Part shown: piece after piece, positions 60,383 through 64,000 of the stretch
How positions within the stretch are numbered: the stretch's first letter is position 1
Layout of the letters: each line of letters begins with the position of its first letter
Origin: Deltaproteobacteria bacterium
GTDB lineage: Bacteria; Myxococcota; Myxococcia; Myxococcales; 40CM-4-68-19
Length of the DNA stretch: 64,000 bases
NCBI GenBank assembly: GCA_005879315.1
Contig: VBLC01000037.1
Span: 1,300 to 65,299 of the forward strand
Direction: 5' to 3'
Translations under genes and position numbers: made by a program
The notes under the pieces: generated by a model
What the model saw: the letters and a program-made list of their open reading frames with translations, nothing else
Told to the model about the DNA's origin: nothing
Databases searched by the model: none

Positions 60383-61551
60383 TGGCGGGGCGGTTCGCCG
60401 TCGTCGTCATCGACTCCTGCGGGGCAGGCGCGCTGCCCGACGCGGGCGAGTACGGGGACGCGGGATCGAACACGCTGGGGAATTGCGCCCGCAAGGTCGG
60501 CGGGCTGCAATTGGCGAATCTGCAAAGATGGGGTCTGGGAAACATCACCGAAATCGCCGGCTGCCCGCCGGCAGCGAAGCCTTTGGCGAGCTTCGGCCGC
60601 ATGCAGGAACAGTCGCAGGGCAAGGACACCACCACCGGCCACTGGGAGATGATGGGCATCGTCCTCGACAAGGGCTTCACCACTTTTCCGCACGGATTTC
60701 CCGAGGAGCTGATGCGCGAGTGGTTGAAGCTCTCCGGCGCCCCCGGCTATCTGGGCAACAAGACGGCCAGCGGCACGGTGATCCTCGAGGAGCTGGGCGC
60801 GGAGCACGTGCGCACCGGCTTCCCTATCGTCTACACCAGCGCGGACAGCGTCTTCCAGATCGCGGCGCACGAGTCGCGCGTGCCCTTGCAGACCCTCTAC
60901 AAATGGTGCGAGGCAGCGCGGGCGGTGGGAAAGCCGTATGGGCTGGCGCGAGTCATCGCCCGGCCCTTCGTCGGCGACGGCCCGGGCAAGTTCCAGCGCA
61001 CCTACAACCGGCGCGACTTTTCGCAGCCGCCGCCAAAAGGAATGGTGCTCGATCTGCTCGCCGAGAAAGGCGTGCGGACGACGGCGGTGGGAAAGATCGC
61101 CGACATCTACGACAACCACGGCATCGCCGAGTCGGTGCACACCGAGGGCAACGCCGACGGCCTGCGCAAGACGCGCGAGATCTTGCAGTCGATGCCGCCG
61201 GGATTCCTCTTCGTCAACCTGGTCGACACCGACATGCTCTACGGCCACCGGCGCGATGCGATCGGCTACGCGCGGTCGCTGCGCGAGATCGACGTTGCCC
61301 TGCCAGGGATCGCGGCCGTGCTGCGCGAGGGAGACGTGCTGGCGCTCACTGCCGATCACGGAAACGATCCGACCTTCCCCGGGACCGATCATACGCGCGA
61401 GTACGCGCCGCTGATCGTCTACGCGAAGGAGCGATCGGCCGGCGCCGATCTGGGCGTGCGGCAGTCGTTCTGCGACCTGGGCGCGACCGTCGCCCAATAC
61501 TTCGGCGTCGCCGCGCCGCGCGGCAGGAGCTTTCTTGGGGCGGTGGTCTAG
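60382..61551 (+). CDS. deoB: phosphopentomutase
   Basis: VVIDSCGAGALPDA, TTGHWEMMG, VNLVDTDMLYGHRRD, TADHGNDP. TGATG overlap with deoC. Confidence 0.92.
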   Translation: MAGRFAVVVIDSCGAGALPDAGEYGDAGSNTLGNCARKVGGLQLANLQRWGLGNITEIAGCPPAAKPLASFGRMQEQSQGKDTTTGHWEMMGIVLDKGFTTFPHGFPEELMREWLKLSGAPGYLGNKTASGTVILEELGAEHVRTGFPIVYTSADSVFQIAAHESRVPLQTLYKWCEAARAVGKPYGLARVIARPFVGDGPGKFQRTYNRRDFSQPPPKGMVLDLLAEKGVRTTAVGKIADIYDNHGIAESVHTEGNADGLRKTREILQSMPPGFLFVNLVDTDMLYGHRRDAIGYARSLREIDVALPGIAAVLREGDVLALTADHGNDPTFPGTDHTREYAPLIVYAKERSAGADLGVRQSFCDLGATVAQYFGVAAPRGRSFLGAVV

Positions 61552-61556
61552 GCGCG

Positions 61557-61574
61557 GCCGCCGAAAGGCGGCTT
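61557..61574 (+). terminator. hairpin GCCGCC-GAAA-GGCGGC followed by TT
   Basis: Starts 6 nt after the deoB stop. 6-bp GC stem with a GAAA tetraloop and only a short T tract. Confidence 0.4.
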
Positions 61575-61610
61575 AGCGCCTACGCTTGTGGAATTGAACC
61601 TTGAGACGTT

Positions 61611-62111
61611 ATGAGATGCGCTCCAATGTCCGAGGAGAGTCCGCCCGAGCGCGAGAAGGCGCCGCGCATCGAATCGCTCTTCAAGTTCACTCACGGCCAC
61701 CGCGTCCGCTACGACGAGGTGGACGCGCAGGGCATCGTCGGCAACGCCAGCTGGCTCAACCTCTTGCAGTTGGGGCGCATCGAGTACCTGCGCTATCTGG
61801 GCCTGATGATGGAGGGCGGCACGCGCGCGCCGGTGCAGGCGGTGGTGCGGCGGACGGTGATCGATTATCTCGCGCCCGCGCGCTTCGACGACCCGCTCGC
61901 CATCCGCGTGCGCACCGCACAGATGGGCAACCGCAGCGCGCGCATCGAGTACCTCGTCGACAACGTCGAGACCGAGCTGCGGCCGGTCGTCGCCGAGACC
62001 GTCGTGGTCTGCGTCGAGCTGGCCACCATGCGCAGCTTTCCCTGGCCGGAAGTCTGGCGCGAGCGGATCCGGGAGTTCGAAGGGGACGACCTGCAGGTCG
62101 GGCAGCGCTAG
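61611..62111 (+). CDS. acyl-CoA thioesterase (4HBT/YbgC-like hotdog fold)
   Basis: HRVRYDEVDAQGIVGNASWLNLLQLGRIEYL, typical of 4HBT thioesterases. Alternative ATG at 61626. Confidence 0.8.
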   Translation: MRCAPMSEESPPEREKAPRIESLFKFTHGHRVRYDEVDAQGIVGNASWLNLLQLGRIEYLRYLGLMMEGGTRAPVQAVVRRTVIDYLAPARFDDPLAIRVRTAQMGNRSARIEYLVDNVETELRPVVAETVVVCVELATMRSFPWPEVWRERIREFEGDDLQVGQR

Positions 62112-62116
62112 CCGCA

Positions 62117-62178
62117 ACGAAAAGGAGCACCAGCACGGGCTCGACATCGAGCACGAAGACGAGAACGAGAACGACCAG
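62117..62178. repeat. hexamer-periodic intergenic element (GANNAC)n sharing a 14-nt core with the 44.7-kb palindrome
   Basis: ACGAAAAGGAGCAC (62117-62130) equals the reverse complement of 44684-44697. It is followed by CAGCAC GGGCTC GACATC GAGCAC GAAGAC GAGAAC GAGAAC GACCAG. Confidence 0.5.
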
Positions 62179-62199
62179 GCGAATTGATCCGCATCGGGC

Positions 62200-63069
62200 T
62201 CAGCGGCCCTCAGGCTCGTAGGGCACGCCGTCGGCGGCGGGAGCGCGGGTGCGGCCGATGCCGAAGGCGAGAACCAGCAGCGTGAGGAAGTAGGGCAGGG
62301 CGAGGAAGATTCCCTCGAGGCGCAGGTCGGCGGCGTGCAGCGAGAACGACAGCTGTCTTTGCAGCGCGTCGGCCGCAGCGAAGAAGAAGGCCGCCCCGGC
62401 TGCTCCGAGCGGCGTCCACTTGCCGAAGACCATCGCCGCCAGCGCCATGAATCCCTGCCCGGCCGGCATGCGCGAGTCGAACTGCCCGAGGATGCCCACC
62501 GAGAGGGTCGCGCCGCCCAGACCGGCGAGCGCGCCGCTGCCCATCACGCAGAGAGCGCGCAAGGGCAGCACGCGCACGCCCAGCGTCGCGGCCGCGCGCG
62601 GATGTTCGCCCACCGCGCGCACGCGCAGGCCCACGGCAGTTCGCGAGAGCCAGAGATGAAAGAGCACGGGGAGGAGAAGCGCCGCATACGCCATCGCGGT
62701 ATGGCCGAAACGATCGCGCGGCAGCGCCGGCGCGGGCGGGCTCACGCCGGCCGAGCCGAAGACCGACTGCAAGAGGTAGGTCACCAGGCCCAGCGCGACG
62801 AGATTCAAGGCGATGCCGCTCACGACCTGGTCGGCGCGGAAGCGGAGCGACAAGAGAGCGTGCACTGCAGCGGAGGCGGCTCCCGCCAGCGCGCCGCAGA
62901 GAAGGCCGACCCAGGGCGAGCCGGAGAAGATCGAGCCGGCCGCTGCGGCGAAAGCGCCGAAGCGCATCATCCCCTCCAGGCCGATGTTCACCACGCCGGC
63001 GCGCTCGCTCAAGACCCCTCCCAGCGCGGCGAGCACCAGCGGGGGAGCGAAATCGAGGATGGCGTTCAC
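62200..63069 (-). CDS. ABC transporter permease (BMP/nucleoside-type, YufQ/NupQ-like)
   Basis: GTG 63069 overlaps the upstream permease stop. GGVLSERAGVVNIGLEGMM block and multiple TMs. Confidence 0.85.
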   Translation of the reverse strand: MNAILDFAPPLVLAALGGVLSERAGVVNIGLEGMMRFGAFAAAAGSIFSGSPWVGLLCGALAGAASAAVHALLSLRFRADQVVSGIALNLVALGLVTYLLQSVFGSAGVSPPAPALPRDRFGHTAMAYAALLLPVLFHLWLSRTAVGLRVRAVGEHPRAAATLGVRVLPLRALCVMGSGALAGLGGATLSVGILGQFDSRMPAGQGFMALAAMVFGKWTPLGAAGAAFFFAAADALQRQLSFSLHAADLRLEGIFLALPYFLTLLVLAFGIGRTRAPAADGVPYEPEGR

Positions 63070-64000
63070 GGCTGCACCGTCGGAACCGGCGTGGTGGAAG
63101 CTGCGGGCTGCGGCGTCGGGCGCAGCTTTGCGAAGAGCGGCTGGAAGATGCGCGGCGCCGCCACCAGGAGGACCGCCATGCCCTGGATCAGCTCGGCGAA
63201 GCTGGGATGGATTCCGACCAGCTGAAGGCGCGTGGCGCCGGCCCGGATGGCGCCGAAGAAGATCCCGGCCAGCGCCGTCCCCGCAGCGGTGCCGCCGCCC
63301 ACCAGCGCCACGGCGATGCCGTCGAAGCCGTAGCCGGTGCGGAAGACACCCGGATACTTGTGCTCGGTGCCGAGGATGAGCAGCCCGCCGGCGAGGCCCG
63401 CCAGCGCGCCGGAGAGCGCCATCGCCTCGCAGATGCGCCGGCCGGCGGGGATGCCGGCCGCGCGCGCCGCTTCCTGGCCGGCACCGACGGCGCGCCATTC
63501 GAATCCGCGGCTGGTGCGGGTGAGCAGGAACCAGATGCCGGCGGCGACGATCAGCGCGAGGGGGAATCCGACGTCGAGCCGGCTCTGCGAAAAGAAGCGC
63601 GGCAGCCAGGCGGCGCGCTCGATCGGCTCGGTTCCAGCGACGCTGATCGACGCGGTTCCTCCCGCGGCGAGCGGTCCAGCGACCAGCCAGCCGTGCACCA
63701 GATGGATGGCGATCCAGTTGAGCAGGATGGTGCTGATCACCTCGTGCACGCCGCGGCGCACCTTGAGCACGCCGGGGAGGAAGCCCCACACGGCGCCGGC
63801 CGCGGCCGCGGCGCAGAGGCAGAGCGGCCAGGGGCAAACGCGGCCTGCGACCGCCGCCGCCAGGCCGCCCCAGATGAGCTGTCCTTCGGCGCCGATGTTG
63901 AAGAGGCCGACGGTGAAGGCGACCGCGACGCTCAGGCCGGTGAGAATCAGCACCGCGGACTTGATGGCGGTCTCGCCGAAGGGACCCGGTCCGCCGAGCG
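63066..64000 (-). CDS. ABC transporter permease (BMP/nucleoside-type, YufP/NupP-like), 5-prime end outside window
   Basis: The frame is open to the window edge. GLFNIGAEGQL block and multiple TMs. Confidence 0.85.
   Translation of the reverse strand, partial: LGGPGPFGETAIKSAVLILTGLSVAVAFTVGLFNIGAEGQLIWGGLAAAVAGRVCPWPLCLCAAAAAGAVWGFLPGVLKVRRGVHEVISTILLNWIAIHLVHGWLVAGPLAAGGTASISVAGTEPIERAAWLPRFFSQSRLDVGFPLALIVAAGIWFLLTRTSRGFEWRAVGAGQEAARAAGIPAGRRICEAMALSGALAGLAGGLLILGTEHKYPGVFRTGYGFDGIAVALVGGGTAAGTALAGIFFGAIRAGATRLQLVGIHPSFAELIQGMAVLLVAAPRIFQPLFAKLRPTPQPAASTTPVPTVQP

Overview
Very GC-rich chromosomal segment. Gene content and architecture suggest a Myxococcota-type genome; this is an inference from many FHA, PP2C, Ser/Thr-kinase, PilZ and TPR genes, a tailed PilT, extended ribosomal protein S2 and a short EF-Ts. 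It is mostly conserved housekeeping DNA. In order: RnfD-like fragment, DUF2330 and Tat-amidase; lon; a 1.25-kb insert; clpX-clpP-tig; tRNA-Leu; the minor-pilin operon fimT-like-pilV-pilW-pilX-pilY1; phoB-phoR-pstSCAB-phoU; a small islet and a 4-tRNA cluster (Lys, His, Arg, Pro); rdgB-rph-amidase; selD; an ECF sigma/anti-sigma pair; FHA-DUF4388, TPR, bamD and pilT; DUF4337, an SBP-like gene and two small paralogs; rpsI-rplM; methyltransferase; LEA_2; rarA; nadK; PilZ; recN; PP2C; M23 peptidase; secA; PAP2, GT2 and GT-C; rpsB-tsf; hemF; MBL hydrolase; deoC-deoB; thioesterase; two ABC permeases. Nearly all long ORFs antisense to or out of frame with these genes are GC-driven artefacts. No CRISPR, integrase, transposase, reverse transcriptase or known defence genes were seen. 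Items worth a second look: (1) selD carries an in-frame UGA at the catalytic Cys position plus a SECIS-like hairpin. (2) Two tandem RelE/ParE-like small paralogs appear co-transcribed with an SBP-like and a DUF4337 gene downstream of rplM-rpsI, and a third relative sits at the tRNA islet. (3) The insert between lon and clpX holds a decayed Ser/Thr kinase and an orphan Phd/YefM-like gene with an AT-rich palindrome. (4) An internally deleted GT21 and a frameshifted PAP2 lie directly upstream of the pho operon. (5) A signal-peptide, Pro-rich uORF precedes secA. (6) DeoC has an N-terminal extension with an amphipathic helix and a four-Cys cluster. (7) A hexamer-periodic intergenic repeat family occupies convergent gene junctions. 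All start codons are inferred from sequence only.
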